DNA of 64,000 nucleotides from Candidatus Latescibacterota bacterium (GTDB taxonomy: Bacteria > Latescibacterota > UBA2968 > GCA-2709665): contig OZ242180.1 in NCBI GenBank assembly GCA_965205485.1, forward strand, positions 1,344,001 to 1,408,000, read 5' to 3'. The notes under the pieces are model-generated. The model was not told where the DNA came from. It was given only the letters and a program-made list of their open reading frames with translations, and made no database searches. Made by a program: the position numbers and the translations under genes. Below, piece by piece: positions 1 to 9,479 of this stretch. Every line of letters begins with the position of its first letter. Position 1 is the first letter of the stretch.

Positions 1-1
1 G

Positions 2-610
2 CACCGGCTTATCCACCACCTGGTCGCGCAGATGGACGCGACCGATACGTCCCGCCAGGGCGTCGGCAAAGGGCATAATGGATTCGCCCGCCGAAAGCAG
101 GTGTCCGGTGTCCAGGAGAACGCGTGCTCGACCGGGCAACTCGGACATCACCGCCTGAAAGTCACCGAGCCCCTGGAGACGGTTTCCCTTCCCGTTGCTC
201 AAATTGAGGACGATATCGGGGATGTTTTCCAGGAGCGTATTTACGCCCTCGATGAGGTCGGCGAGCGCTTCGGGTGTGCGGTCGCCTCCGCTCGTATTCA
301 TGGTCTTCACGCCCAGGGCCCGGCCCAGGTGGACGTCCCACTCGAGTTGGCGCAGGTTGTACGCGAGATTGCGCTCGTCGGAGTCTGCCTTGCGGCCCGT
401 GAGGTTGCGTATGTTGAAGCCGGAAAGCTGCATTCCGGCGCCGGCAATGGCGGCACGGACCATTGGCACGGACCAGTCGGGGTGGACAGGCGAGCTCTGC
501 GTACAATCGCGGAAGAGTTCCAGGCGTGTGAAGCCGGCCGACCGGGACAGATCCAGTATCCCGGGCAACTGCAGATCGGGACAGAGCGTCGGACTGAAGA
601 CGAGTTCCAT
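2..610 (-). CDS. Sugar phosphate isomerase/epimerase (TIM-barrel, AP-endonuclease-2/xylose isomerase-like family), 3' end outside the window
   Basis: Not in the ORF track because it runs off the edge. Manual translation from ATG 610 (overlapping the upstream TGA as TGATG): MELVFSPTLCPDL...LLDTGHL...GRVHLRDQ, with DxGH and HxRD metal-site motifs. Confidence 0.75.
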   Translation of the reverse strand, partial: MELVFSPTLCPDLQLPGILDLSRSAGFTRLELFRDCTQSSPVHPDWSVPMVRAAIAGAGMQLSGFNIRNLTGRKADSDERNLAYNLRQLEWDVHLGRALGVKTMNTSGGDRTPEALADLIEGVNTLLENIPDIVLNLSNGKGNRLQGLGDFQAVMSELPGRARVLLDTGHLLSAGESIMPFADALAGRIGRVHLRDQVVDKPV

Positions 611-1362
611 CAGTTGATACCCTCCCAATGCGCCCATTGATCGTCGCAGGTCTCGAAGCGGATATCGTTGACGTCCTTGCGAGCGAAGCGGCCGATCAAC
701 GCCATGCGGATGTTGCGGTTGACGTTTTTGGATCCCGCATGGAAGAGCTGGCTGTGCCAGAAGATGGCGTCGCCGGCGCTTCCGATAAATTCGCGCCCCT
801 CCGGCAACGTCCCTTCGGGATAGACGTCACTGGATGTGCCGCCGCGGACCGACAGCAGGGAGTGCGTCCTGAAGTATTCGTATGAGACGATGTGGCTGCC
901 CGGCCAATAGGTGAAGCAGCCGCCTTTCGATGCGACGTCGATGACGTAAATCGTGAGGTTGATCGTCGTGTATCCAACCGTCCCCTCGGGCACGCCGTTG
1001 GTCGGAGTGTAGTACCCGTCCAGATGGCCCCGTTCCGGAAGAGACCATGCCTTGTCCGCGGACGGGTAAACCAGTGCCGGACCCGCGCTGCCGGGATTGA
1101 GCCGGCCCTTGCCGACCATTTCCTCCATCATCTCGAAGAGCGGCGATTCGTGAACCGCGGCGCGGATGGCCGGATGGCTGGCCGGCACAGGTGTGCGGGG
1201 CCCCGCGTCGATCCAGGTTGCCGGATCGTCGCGGTCGGCCTCGATGCCGGTCCAGAGCGCATCCCGTGCGGCGCGAACCTGAGTGGACGTGAGCGCGCCG
1301 CGAACGATGAGGCAACCGTTTTCCTTAAAGAAACGCTTGTCTGAGGCGGAGAGATAAGGCAT
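610..1362 (-). CDS. Phytanoyl-CoA dioxygenase (PhyH) family Fe(II)/2-oxoglutarate dioxygenase
   Basis: FFKENGCLIVRGAL start, HLDG (HxD), WPGSH, GDAIFWHSQLFHAGSKN..R. Start moved to ATG 1362. Confidence 0.85.
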   Translation of the reverse strand: MPYLSASDKRFFKENGCLIVRGALTSTQVRAARDALWTGIEADRDDPATWIDAGPRTPVPASHPAIRAAVHESPLFEMMEEMVGKGRLNPGSAGPALVYPSADKAWSLPERGHLDGYYTPTNGVPEGTVGYTTINLTIYVIDVASKGGCFTYWPGSHIVSYEYFRTHSLLSVRGGTSSDVYPEGTLPEGREFIGSAGDAIFWHSQLFHAGSKNVNRNIRMALIGRFARKDVNDIRFETCDDQWAHWEGIN

Positions 1363-1521
1363 GGCATTTACCCCGGGAGTCGATATATTATTGATGTATC
1401 GCGTTGTTAAGGCAGCCAATATAGCGGAAAGACCGGCCGCGGAAAGATTTTTTTTCGGTATTGTGACCGGCCCGAACAGGAACCGCTTTCGCGGAACACC
1501 GATCCGCCCGAAAAAAACGAA

Positions 1522-1550
1522 TTGACTTGACATCTGGTGATCGCTATCTT
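1522..1550 (+). promoter_or_regulatory. Putative sigma70 promoter of the ACP/hydrolase operon
   Basis: TTGACT-17 bp-TATCTT about 45 bp upstream of the ACP ATG, in an AT-rich divergent spacer. Confidence 0.5.
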
Positions 1551-1594
1551 ACCTGTCCGTTCAGACCACCCACTAACATGAAAGGATCGTAGCT

Positions 1595-1834
1595 ATGGCT
1601 TCAACGGAAGATCGCCTCAGAAGTCTCATCGCGGAGAATCTCGAAGTCGACGGAAAGCCGATCTCGCTGCCTGATGATCTGAACATCAGCCTGATGGAGG
1701 CCGGTATTTCCTCCGTGGACCTGGTGGCCTTCGCAAAATTGGTCGCGCAGGAATTCGAGGTCAAGTTTACGCTTGAAGATTGTGGTGAAGTCAAGAGCGT
1801 ACGCGACCTTGTCAATCGTCTCGATGAAGGCTGA
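1595..1834 (+). CDS. Free-standing acyl carrier protein
   Basis: 79 aa, acidic; SLMEAGISSVDLVAF Ppant-serine region; EF.V...E.....SV.DLV C-terminal ACP pattern. Confidence 0.8.
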   Translation: MASTEDRLRSLIAENLEVDGKPISLPDDLNISLMEAGISSVDLVAFAKLVAQEFEVKFTLEDCGEVKSVRDLVNRLDEG

Positions 1835-1992
1835 GTCGCATTCCAATCGGAGCACGTTCACTGCATGGAGAATGGCCCCGGATTCCAATCCGGGGCCAAA
1901 TTGAATTTGCGGCAATTCGGCGCCCACTCTGTAGTTCAACCTCGGATCGAGTTGTTGAAATACCCAACCACGGCGAGACCAGCGACTTGACC

Positions 1993-2898
1993 ATGAATTC
2001 CAAAGCCGTTTGGGACATCCCGGAACCGCTCGCCACCTTCGATGTTCCCGTGGACGACAACACCCGCATTACCCTGCGCCGCCATGGAAATCCCGGGGGT
2101 CCCCGTCTCATACTCACCCATGGTAACGGTCTCGCGAGCGATCTCTATTATCCGTTCTGGTCATTGCTGCTGGACGAGTTCGACCTGATTGTCTACGACC
2201 TGAGGAACCACGGATGGAACGCGGTCAGTTCCATTCATGAGCATAGTGTTCCCACGTTCGTCAATGACCACGACCGTATTCTCGAAGCGATCGACCGACA
2301 CTGGGGGAATAGGCCGAAAATAGGCGTATTCCACTCGGTTTCGTCCCTGACCACGCTGCTTTCGCCCGTCAGAGGCGACGGATTCTCCGCGTGCGTTCTT
2401 TTCGACCCCCCACTGTGCAAGCACGGCGCCAGTTACGAAGAATTCGACGCCGCGGCAGAGCGCGTGGCCGCAATGACGCGACGCCGCGCGAACCATTTTA
2501 ATACCAGGGAGGAATTTGCGGACGTACTGCCCTATCTGCCGACCTTCCAGCGAGTCGTGCCTGGCGTCTTCGAACTTGTGGCAAGGACGACGCTTCGCAG
2601 ATCCCCGAACCGGCCAGGTTTTGAACTCCGGTGTCCGCGTGAATACGAAGCGCAGATCGTCGACTATGCTGCCACTTTTGCCGTGCTGGTGGACTTTCCG
2701 AAGTTCCGTTGCCCATTAAAGGTCATCGGCGCGGATCCCACGTTGCCGTTTTCATATCTTCCGACACTCGACCTAAGCGATATTGTAACCGTCGACTACG
2801 ATTTTCTCCCTGAAACGACCCACCTCCTGCTATTGGAACAGCCCGCGGAGTGCGTCGAGGCGATGCGCGAGTTCCTCGAGAGTCATTCGCTAATCTGA
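1993..2898 (+). CDS. Alpha/beta hydrolase
   Basis: HGNG oxyanion motif, YDLRNHG, nucleophile elbow variant FHSVS, C-terminal H (TTHLL). Confidence 0.8.
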   Translation: MNSKAVWDIPEPLATFDVPVDDNTRITLRRHGNPGGPRLILTHGNGLASDLYYPFWSLLLDEFDLIVYDLRNHGWNAVSSIHEHSVPTFVNDHDRILEAIDRHWGNRPKIGVFHSVSSLTTLLSPVRGDGFSACVLFDPPLCKHGASYEEFDAAAERVAAMTRRRANHFNTREEFADVLPYLPTFQRVVPGVFELVARTTLRRSPNRPGFELRCPREYEAQIVDYAATFAVLVDFPKFRCPLKVIGADPTLPFSYLPTLDLSDIVTVDYDFLPETTHLLLLEQPAECVEAMREFLESHSLI

Positions 2899-2902
2899 TT
2901 CC

Positions 2903-3508
2903 ATGGCGTCCCACTATCGCACTTCTTTCATGCTTCTCCTGCCGTTGTTTATTATTGCCGGTATCCTTGCCTGCCCGCCTGCTTCCTCAATAGCGCAGGA
3001 ACAAGCCAAAGACAGCGCGAAGGCGTGGTCATCGACGCTCAGGATGATTCGCGGCAAATTTCCGGATGTCGCGCAACTTTCCACGGACACGCTGCAAGCG
3101 TGGCTGAACAGGTTGCCGAAGCAGGAAGACCTCGTTCTGCTGGACACACGGGAATCAGAGGAATATGCCGTCAGCCATCTTTGCGGCGCCCGGCCTTCTC
3201 CCTCGAAGGCCGAAGCGCTGAAGGTACTCAGGGGCGTACCAGCGAACCGACGTATCGTCGTGTACTGTTCCGTGGGGTACCGCTCGTCTGAACTCGCCGG
3301 ATTCCTTATGGAGAAGGGCTACAGGAAAGTCTACAATCTGGAAGGATCGATTTTCAGATGGGCCAATGAAGGCCGGCCTGTCTGCCGGGGAGAAGAACGG
3401 GTGCGGGCGGTCCACCCGTATGACAGTTACTGGGGCCGCCTGCTTAAGAAGTCTCTGCACCAGATGGACCCTGCCGATTCACGAGCTTCAAAGGCGCCTT
3501 TGCAATAG
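2903..3508 (+). CDS. Exported rhodanese-like domain protein
   Basis: Hydrophobic N-terminus; LLDTRE.EEY..SH, YCSVGYRS active loop, NLEGSI..W. Confidence 0.85.
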   Translation: MASHYRTSFMLLLPLFIIAGILACPPASSIAQEQAKDSAKAWSSTLRMIRGKFPDVAQLSTDTLQAWLNRLPKQEDLVLLDTRESEEYAVSHLCGARPSPSKAEALKVLRGVPANRRIVVYCSVGYRSSELAGFLMEKGYRKVYNLEGSIFRWANEGRPVCRGEERVRAVHPYDSYWGRLLKKSLHQMDPADSRASKAPLQ

Positions 3509-3529
3509 CGGTCGGACCGGGAGTCTAGC

Positions 3530-4213
3530 GTGAAGCTGATCGTTACGAACGACGACGGGATTGATGCAGACGGGTTGAAAACGCTGGTTGGGCTGGCATC
3601 CCGGTGTGGCGACGTCGTCGTTGCCGCGCCGGCGGTGCCCCAGTCCGGCGTAGGACACCGGTTGACAACAGACCGTCCTGTCCGTGTGGATAGACTGACG
3701 GAAGCGCGTTTCCGGATATGGGGCACGCCCGCGGACTGTGCCCGGCTGGCCCTGAGCCGGCTGGCGCCCGATGGCGACTGGCTGCTCTCCGGGATCAACA
3801 GCGGAAGCAATCTCGGGGTGGATGTCTACGATTCCGGGACCGTGGCCGCGGCCCGGGAGGCGGCCATTCTGGGATGCAAGGCCGTCGCCCTGTCACACTA
3901 TAGAGAGAAGGACCGGACCATCGACTGGCGTCTTGCCGCCGAACGACTTGAGCCGCTTCTGAATAGAATACTGAGGGAAGCGGCGGAACCGGGTTGTTTT
4001 CTCAGCGTGAATCTGCCGCATCCTCAACACGAGAGGGTCGTTCTGGAAACAAGACAGGCCCATGTGGACACCAGTCCTCGAATGAACACTTACACGCGAA
4101 CCGGAGACGATTACGTGTACGCCGGTATCTACCGGGAGCGCCCGCGTCAGCCCGGCAGCGATATCGACACCTGTTTCAACGGCCACATTTCGATCTCGAA
4201 GATACGCGTCTGA
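3530..4213 (+). CDS. surE: 5'/3'-nucleotidase SurE
   Basis: TNDDGI, QSGVGH, GTPADC, SGINSGSNLG, SGTVAAA motifs. Confidence 0.93.
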   Translation: MKLIVTNDDGIDADGLKTLVGLASRCGDVVVAAPAVPQSGVGHRLTTDRPVRVDRLTEARFRIWGTPADCARLALSRLAPDGDWLLSGINSGSNLGVDVYDSGTVAAAREAAILGCKAVALSHYREKDRTIDWRLAAERLEPLLNRILREAAEPGCFLSVNLPHPQHERVVLETRQAHVDTSPRMNTYTRTGDDYVYAGIYRERPRQPGSDIDTCFNGHISISKIRV

Positions 4214-4232
4214 GCTGACTTATGGAGGACCA

Positions 4233-5087
4233 ATGCCAACGCTCTCGAACAGCAGCAAGGGAGTGGACAATCCCTGGTACCCGGAAGGAGGTCCGGGACG
4301 CCACCTCAAAGCCCGTCTGAAAACGGGCGACGTGTTGATCGGCGCGACGATCGAGGCGTACGCCCATCCTTCGCTCGTCAAGATGTTCCGGCACGCCGGC
4401 TTCGACTTCGTCTACATCGAGTACGAACACAGCCTCTTCGACCTGCAGGACCTGGCCGACACCATTCTCTCCGCACGCGACAACGGCCTGCCCGTCATCG
4501 CCAAGACGCCCCAACTGGAACGGCAGGAGGTCGCGAAGCTGCTGGAAGCCGGCGTGGTGGGAATCCAGCTGCCCCGTACGGAAACCGGGGAGCAGGTCAG
4601 GCGTCTGCTCAGCTACCTGAAATTTCCCCCCGCGGGGACCCGCGCCGTGGCGCCGGGGTGGGGCAACAGCGACTACAGGGAGGTTTCGGACTGGCGGAGC
4701 TGGATGGACGAACAGGACCGGGAGACCACACTCGTGGTCCATCTGGAGACGGTCACGGGCTATCGGAACGCCGGGGAGATTCTGAGTCAACCAGGGGTCG
4801 ACATGTGCTTTGTGGGGCCCGGAGACACCTCCATCGAGTTCGGACATCCCGGCGAGTTCGATCACCCCGAGGTGCGCGGTCCAATGGAAGCCGTCCTGAA
4901 ACTCTGCAAGAAGCACGGCGTAGCCTTCGGCACCATGCCCTGGAGCGCCGCCGCCGCGGGCGAGTGGGCTCGCAGGGGAGCCGCGTTTTACGAAGCAACG
5001 TCGGAATTGGGCTTCATCCGGGCGGGAGCCGCCGCTCTGGTGGAGGAATACCGCGCTCAAGTGGCGTCCAGTCCCGGGAAAGCCTGA
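4233..5087 (+). CDS. HpcH/HpaI aldolase family protein
   Basis: GFDFVYIEYEH, KFPPAGTR, HLET, FVGPGD motifs. Confidence 0.85.
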   Translation: MPTLSNSSKGVDNPWYPEGGPGRHLKARLKTGDVLIGATIEAYAHPSLVKMFRHAGFDFVYIEYEHSLFDLQDLADTILSARDNGLPVIAKTPQLERQEVAKLLEAGVVGIQLPRTETGEQVRRLLSYLKFPPAGTRAVAPGWGNSDYREVSDWRSWMDEQDRETTLVVHLETVTGYRNAGEILSQPGVDMCFVGPGDTSIEFGHPGEFDHPEVRGPMEAVLKLCKKHGVAFGTMPWSAAAAGEWARRGAAFYEATSELGFIRAGAAALVEEYRAQVASSPGKA

Positions 5088-5111
5088 CCATTCGGACGTC
5101 GACTCAGGGAT

Positions 5112-6905
5112 TCAGGAACCTTCCTGCGGGACCACTCGTACGGTAACGATGTCCATGCCGTGGTACTTCTGGTGCCTCACAGAAGAAGCGTAGTGTCGTA
5201 GAATTCGAAACGATAACTCGCTCTCGTCCGGGGTTTCCTCCTGTTCGCCGAGAAAAGCAAGGCGGTCTTCCAGGTTTTCTTCGTCGAAAACCGCTACGAA
5301 TTCCAGTTCCACGGCCTCGCCCTCGTTGCGGGCAACGACGATCAGACGCGGCACGCGGTCCGGAGAATATTCGTTTTCCGGCTCCAGCAGACTCACCAGA
5401 GTCTCCTCCCCCGCGGAGCGCAGGCGTCCGGTCGAGGCGGCGTCCCAACCCATCCGGCCTCCAACCTCTTCCAGAAACGCATCGATACGCGGCAAATCCG
5501 AAATATCCAGCCGGGCCTCCAGACGTCGGCGGCGCGGACGGGTCAGTTCAAGGAACGTCGTCAGTCCGATCGCTGTCGCCGTGCCCATGGTCATCCCGTT
5601 GCCGAGCAATGCGCCCCAGGGATTTCCCAGGATGCCCTCCAGGATATTCTGGTGTTGCATACCGAGGCCGATGGAGAATGCCAGCCCCGCAACGATGGCG
5701 TGTTGCAGGTCGAGGCCGGCCCGCGACAGGGTCTGAATTCCCTCAACGAAAAACATGCCGAGGGCGAACAGAAGAAAGCCGCCCATGACCGGGCCGGGAA
5801 TGGTGAGCAGGACACCCGTTACCTTCGGAAAGAAGGCCAGGACCACCAGAAGGCCGCCCATGGTATAGCCAACGTTGCGGGCGGATACCCCCGTCAGATT
5901 GATGAGCGAGGTCGAAAACGACGAATAGGTGCTCGTGGGTGGCGTACCGGCAATGCCGGACATCAGGATGCCAGCGCCGTTGGCATAGAGCGAGCCCTGG
6001 ATCAATCGAAAATCGGTCGCGCGAGGCCTGTTCCGCGCCGCCCGTTGGGCCACGACACCGTCGCTGATGCCCTTGATGGCCTGTACCAGGGTCACGATGA
6101 GAAACATGGGCAGCAGCGCCCAAAATCCCGCGTGCGGAGTCAGGTCCACGCCCGGAAAACCGCTTTCGGGGATTCCCACCCACGACGAACCGCTCAACCG
6201 CGCGAAATCGAATAGCCCGAACGGCGCGGCGGCCGCACAGCCCGCGGCGATTCCCCCCAGCAGAGACCACATTCGCAATGACGCGGGAGCCCGTAATATC
6301 AGCATCGTTGAAACAACCAGGGTTACCGCCGCAACACAGGGGCCCGCCGCTGCATGTGCGCTCTCCGGCACGCCTTTCAGCCGGTCGAGTGCAAACGGTA
6401 TGACCATGGCCGCGATCAGCATTTGAACCGTGCCGGAGACGACAGGCGTTATGATACGGCGCAGAAGCGGCAGCCATGTCCCCACTGCGACGTAGAATAA
6501 CGAGGAGACGACAACAAGCCCGGCCAGCATTGATGGACCGCCCTCCTCCAGGGCAAGGATCGAGACGGCGATGAAATTCGGGGTGACGCCCGTTATCAGC
6601 AGGTGGCCGCCGCCCAGCCGGCCGATCCTTGCGGCCTGTAAAGCGGTGGCCGCTCCGGTAAGGATCAGTGCCGCGAACACGGCCCACGACATGAATCGTT
6701 GATCCTGTCCGGCGGCAAGAACCGTAATGGCCACGACCAGCACAGTGGGCGTCAGCACAATCACGATACCCTGAATACCGACCCCGATTGCCAGAAGCAG
6801 GGGGCAGGACTGGTCTGTTTCGTAGCGGATTCTCTCGTTTGCAGGGGCAGGCATTAGAAGCGCCTCCCGTTCCGTCTCCGGGGGAACCGGGTGATCCTGT
6901 TGCAC
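5112..6905 (-). CDS. NCS2 (xanthine/uracil) family permease with a C-terminal degenerate HATPase_c/RsbW-like domain
   Basis: Many TM segments; TPVVSG and IPGPVMGG NCS2 motifs; about 140-aa acidic soluble tail with anti-sigma-kinase-like topology. Start uncertain. Confidence 0.8.
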   Translation of the reverse strand: MQQDHPVPPETEREALLMPAPANERIRYETDQSCPLLLAIGVGIQGIVIVLTPTVLVVAITVLAAGQDQRFMSWAVFAALILTGAATALQAARIGRLGGGHLLITGVTPNFIAVSILALEEGGPSMLAGLVVVSSLFYVAVGTWLPLLRRIITPVVSGTVQMLIAAMVIPFALDRLKGVPESAHAAAGPCVAAVTLVVSTMLILRAPASLRMWSLLGGIAAGCAAAAPFGLFDFARLSGSSWVGIPESGFPGVDLTPHAGFWALLPMFLIVTLVQAIKGISDGVVAQRAARNRPRATDFRLIQGSLYANGAGILMSGIAGTPPTSTYSSFSTSLINLTGVSARNVGYTMGGLLVVLAFFPKVTGVLLTIPGPVMGGFLLFALGMFFVEGIQTLSRAGLDLQHAIVAGLAFSIGLGMQHQNILEGILGNPWGALLGNGMTMGTATAIGLTTFLELTRPRRRRLEARLDISDLPRIDAFLEEVGGRMGWDAASTGRLRSAGEETLVSLLEPENEYSPDRVPRLIVVARNEGEAVELEFVAVFDEENLEDRLAFLGEQEETPDESELSFRILRHYASSVRHQKYHGMDIVTVRVVPQEGS

Positions 6906-6932
6906 GGTGAGGCTTCAAGATACAAAACGAAA

Positions 6933-7022
6933 AAGCCCTTTTAAAATCCTTTGCGGGTCGCCCGCGTGCCCACCGCTGGAATGCTCGCGCGCTGCCCGTA
7001 AATCGGAATTCTAAAAAGGCTT
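6933..7022. mobile_element. Small MITE-like element with imperfect terminal inverted repeats (single copy here)
   Basis: AAGCCCTTTTAAAATCC ... GGAATTCTAAAAAGGCTT flanking a GC-rich core. Confidence 0.4.
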
Positions 7023-7158
7023 CGTTGAGTTCACGGGCCGCCTGTTCCCACCCCCGTACTCAACTTCCCGTACCCGGCACCGCAAGATCGTGCCGGCGAT
7101 CGCAGATTTCGGACCCCCTCATCCTTTTCCGGGACGACCGGCAGGATGGGACCGATCG

Positions 7159-7440
7159 TTATTCCCGCTTATCGACAACCTCGCTAAGCTTCTCATCTGC
7201 CAGGCTGAACAGCCCTGCCAGGTACTGTTTGCGCAACAGGTTCAGTTCGTTAACCCGCTCCCAGAGCGCCTCCTCGATCCTCGCGGCCGCTTTTTCCCGC
7301 ACATCCGAAGAGAGGGTGTTGTCATTCCTGAATTCATACTTGTCGATCGTGAATTCAGCAATGTCGGAGATGTTGTCGCCAATGATCTGCATGTCAACCG
7401 CGCTCTGCATCGATCCGATTTTTTCTTCATCGCTGTTCAT
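7159..7440 (-). CDS. Hypothetical acidic helical protein
   Basis: 93-aa ORF with protein-like composition, co-oriented with the STAS and permease genes. Confidence 0.65.
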   Translation of the reverse strand: MNSDEEKIGSMQSAVDMQIIGDNISDIAEFTIDKYEFRNDNTLSSDVREKAAARIEEALWERVNELNLLRKQYLAGLFSLADEKLSEVVDKRE

Positions 7441-7508
7441 GGCTTCGCTCCGGTTCTTTTGGGTAGGTCTCCTGATTCACGAATGAATGAACGATTCCGG
7501 AATTCAAC

Positions 7509-7856
7509 TCAATTATCCTCGAACGCCTTGATTGCCTCTGCCTGTGACGCGTAAATGTCGATTATCTGATCGAAACCGCTGATGGTGATGACTTCACGGA
7601 CCGGATCGGTGAGCGTGCATACGCCGAATTGCTTTCCGGGGTCCTTGAATTTCCAGGCGATGATCACACCAACGCGGAGCCCCGCGCTGCTGATGAAAGT
7701 GACCTGCTCGAAATCCAGGATCAGAGCACTTTCTTCCGGGCCGATTCCAAACTCCAGCGTATCCTGAAGAACTTCGGCATTGTTGCCATCGATGCGACCC
7801 GCGAGGACTGCGATCAGGACTCCGTGCTTCCGCTCCCATGTAACGTCCAGATCCAT
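7509..7856 (-). CDS. STAS-domain anti-sigma factor antagonist
   Basis: GRIDG, LILDFEQVTFISSAGLR with phospho-acceptor Ser, V..V..ISGF; GAGGA RBS. Confidence 0.9.
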   Translation of the reverse strand: MDLDVTWERKHGVLIAVLAGRIDGNNAEVLQDTLEFGIGPEESALILDFEQVTFISSAGLRVGVIIAWKFKDPGKQFGVCTLTDPVREVITISGFDQIIDIYASQAEAIKAFEDN

Positions 7857-8402
7857 GACGATCCGTCCTCACTGCTGAAGTTCCCCGCATACCCGTTTCG
7901 CAGGCATTTTTCAGAGGACTCGGGACAGCGCCCGTCCGCGATGTCGGGTCGGCGCCGGCAGGCCGGGTTCAGGCATCGACTCCAAATTGAGTCCGAAGCC
8001 GACTCGATACAATTCAGAAAAACCGCCGGAGGACTTCCGGAGCAACTGGAACGGATAGAACCGTAACAGTGTGGTACCTGGGAGAACAAACCACGTCTCT
8101 GAAGCCAGTGACACAGAGACGGGCTCCGTCCTATAGAAAATTTAAAGGAATTATCACCAATCGCAACCCTGCGAGCCGTCATTTCGGGAATGGCGCCGCA
8201 GGGTACGTGGAGGGCACGGACGGAAGTCACGGGATGGGCATGGCATGGCGTGTTTTCCATAACAAACTCAACGCTAACTTCCCCATCGCTCCTGATTGTA
8301 CACGGAAAAAACACGAGCCCTGAGCGGACCTGGTAATCTACGATCCCTTCAGGGCTGAGGTCGACCGGTTGGAAGGCTGTTCCGCGCCGGGCTTGGGGGC
8401 GT

Positions 8403-9251
8403 TCAAGATCCCTGACACAATTCCGCTACCATCGCCGCATTTTCGCCCAGTTGATCGTTGAATTTCTGATACATCCCTACCAGAAGTATATCATTGGATT
8501 TGATATTGTTCAGCGTGAATGCGAACTCTTCGCGAATCTGGTTCCCGGAACCGATGGAACGTCCGGCCGCGAGGACTTTGAATGCAATACAGGGTTTGGC
8601 GGTATTCCTGATAATCCGACACATACGTTCGCGATGTTCGCGGAGGTAGATTTCACCAAGGGGCGGATGACCGAAGTTTCGTTCGAATTCCTTTTGTGCA
8701 CCCTCCAGATAATACAGGGCGGTCATGTAATAATCGATGTCCCAATCTTCGTCTTCGGCAATATCGATGATGCGGGGATTATGTACCGACAGGCCGACCA
8801 TGGTCCCGGTGCCACGAATGCGCTTGAGGATTTCCTGAAGATGTCCGAGGCGATTCTCCTTGAGACACCGCCCTGCGACCCCGCTTCCATGCGGCGCCAT
8901 TCCGATGGGTTCATGCCTGGCGGCTTCGTCGATCAGCGACGGATCCTCGTACCAGTTTCCGCCCCCGCTGAGACAGAAGTAATGGATCGCGCCTCCCTCG
9001 TCGCGGTATCGCCGAAGATCTGCGGCAGAACGTTCGGTAAGCGTATTTTGCCAGGCGTTTACGCCCACTTCTTCCGCGCGTCGGAGGGTCGCCATCACCT
9101 GGTCCGACGAATTGGCTTCTCTCTGATGCTCTGAGAGTAACTGATTGAAGTGCGAATACCCGTAGATCGGATTGTCGCCCATGATGAGCCGGCTGATCCG
9201 ATATCGTCCAAACGGGACCTTTGGAAGGTTTACCGCATTCAATTCGGACAC
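8403..9251 (-). CDS. Aldo/keto-reductase-like TIM-barrel protein
   Basis: LPKVPFG.Y.ISRLIMG, GLSVH, AFKVLAAGR patterns. Confidence 0.6.
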   Translation of the reverse strand: MSELNAVNLPKVPFGRYRISRLIMGDNPIYGYSHFNQLLSEHQREANSSDQVMATLRRAEEVGVNAWQNTLTERSAADLRRYRDEGGAIHYFCLSGGGNWYEDPSLIDEAARHEPIGMAPHGSGVAGRCLKENRLGHLQEILKRIRGTGTMVGLSVHNPRIIDIAEDEDWDIDYYMTALYYLEGAQKEFERNFGHPPLGEIYLREHRERMCRIIRNTAKPCIAFKVLAAGRSIGSGNQIREEFAFTLNNIKSNDILLVGMYQKFNDQLGENAAMVAELCQGS

Positions 9252-9479
9252 GCCTTATCCTCAATTCGAAAATGGCAAATTGACCACAAAAAGCACAAAA
9301 AGGACCGGTGCGAAACGGGGTATCGAGGTCGTTCATAAGGATGATATTTGCGTTCACGTCCGGTGACCAGATGTATCCTGGTAGTCCGCAGTTTAATCGC
9401 ATTTATCAGATTGCAAATATACGATTTAACGTCCCCGAAAAACGACGAGTCAAGGTTGCCTCCTCTGTCCTGCATCTCC

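Noticed and set aside
32..640. Plus-strand 202-aa ORF at the window start
   Set aside because: It is the antisense shadow of the minus-strand isomerase gene.
7860..8400. Short ORFs or an ncRNA in the STAS-AKR spacer
   Set aside because: No recognisable protein motif or RNA family; treated as regulatory intergenic DNA.
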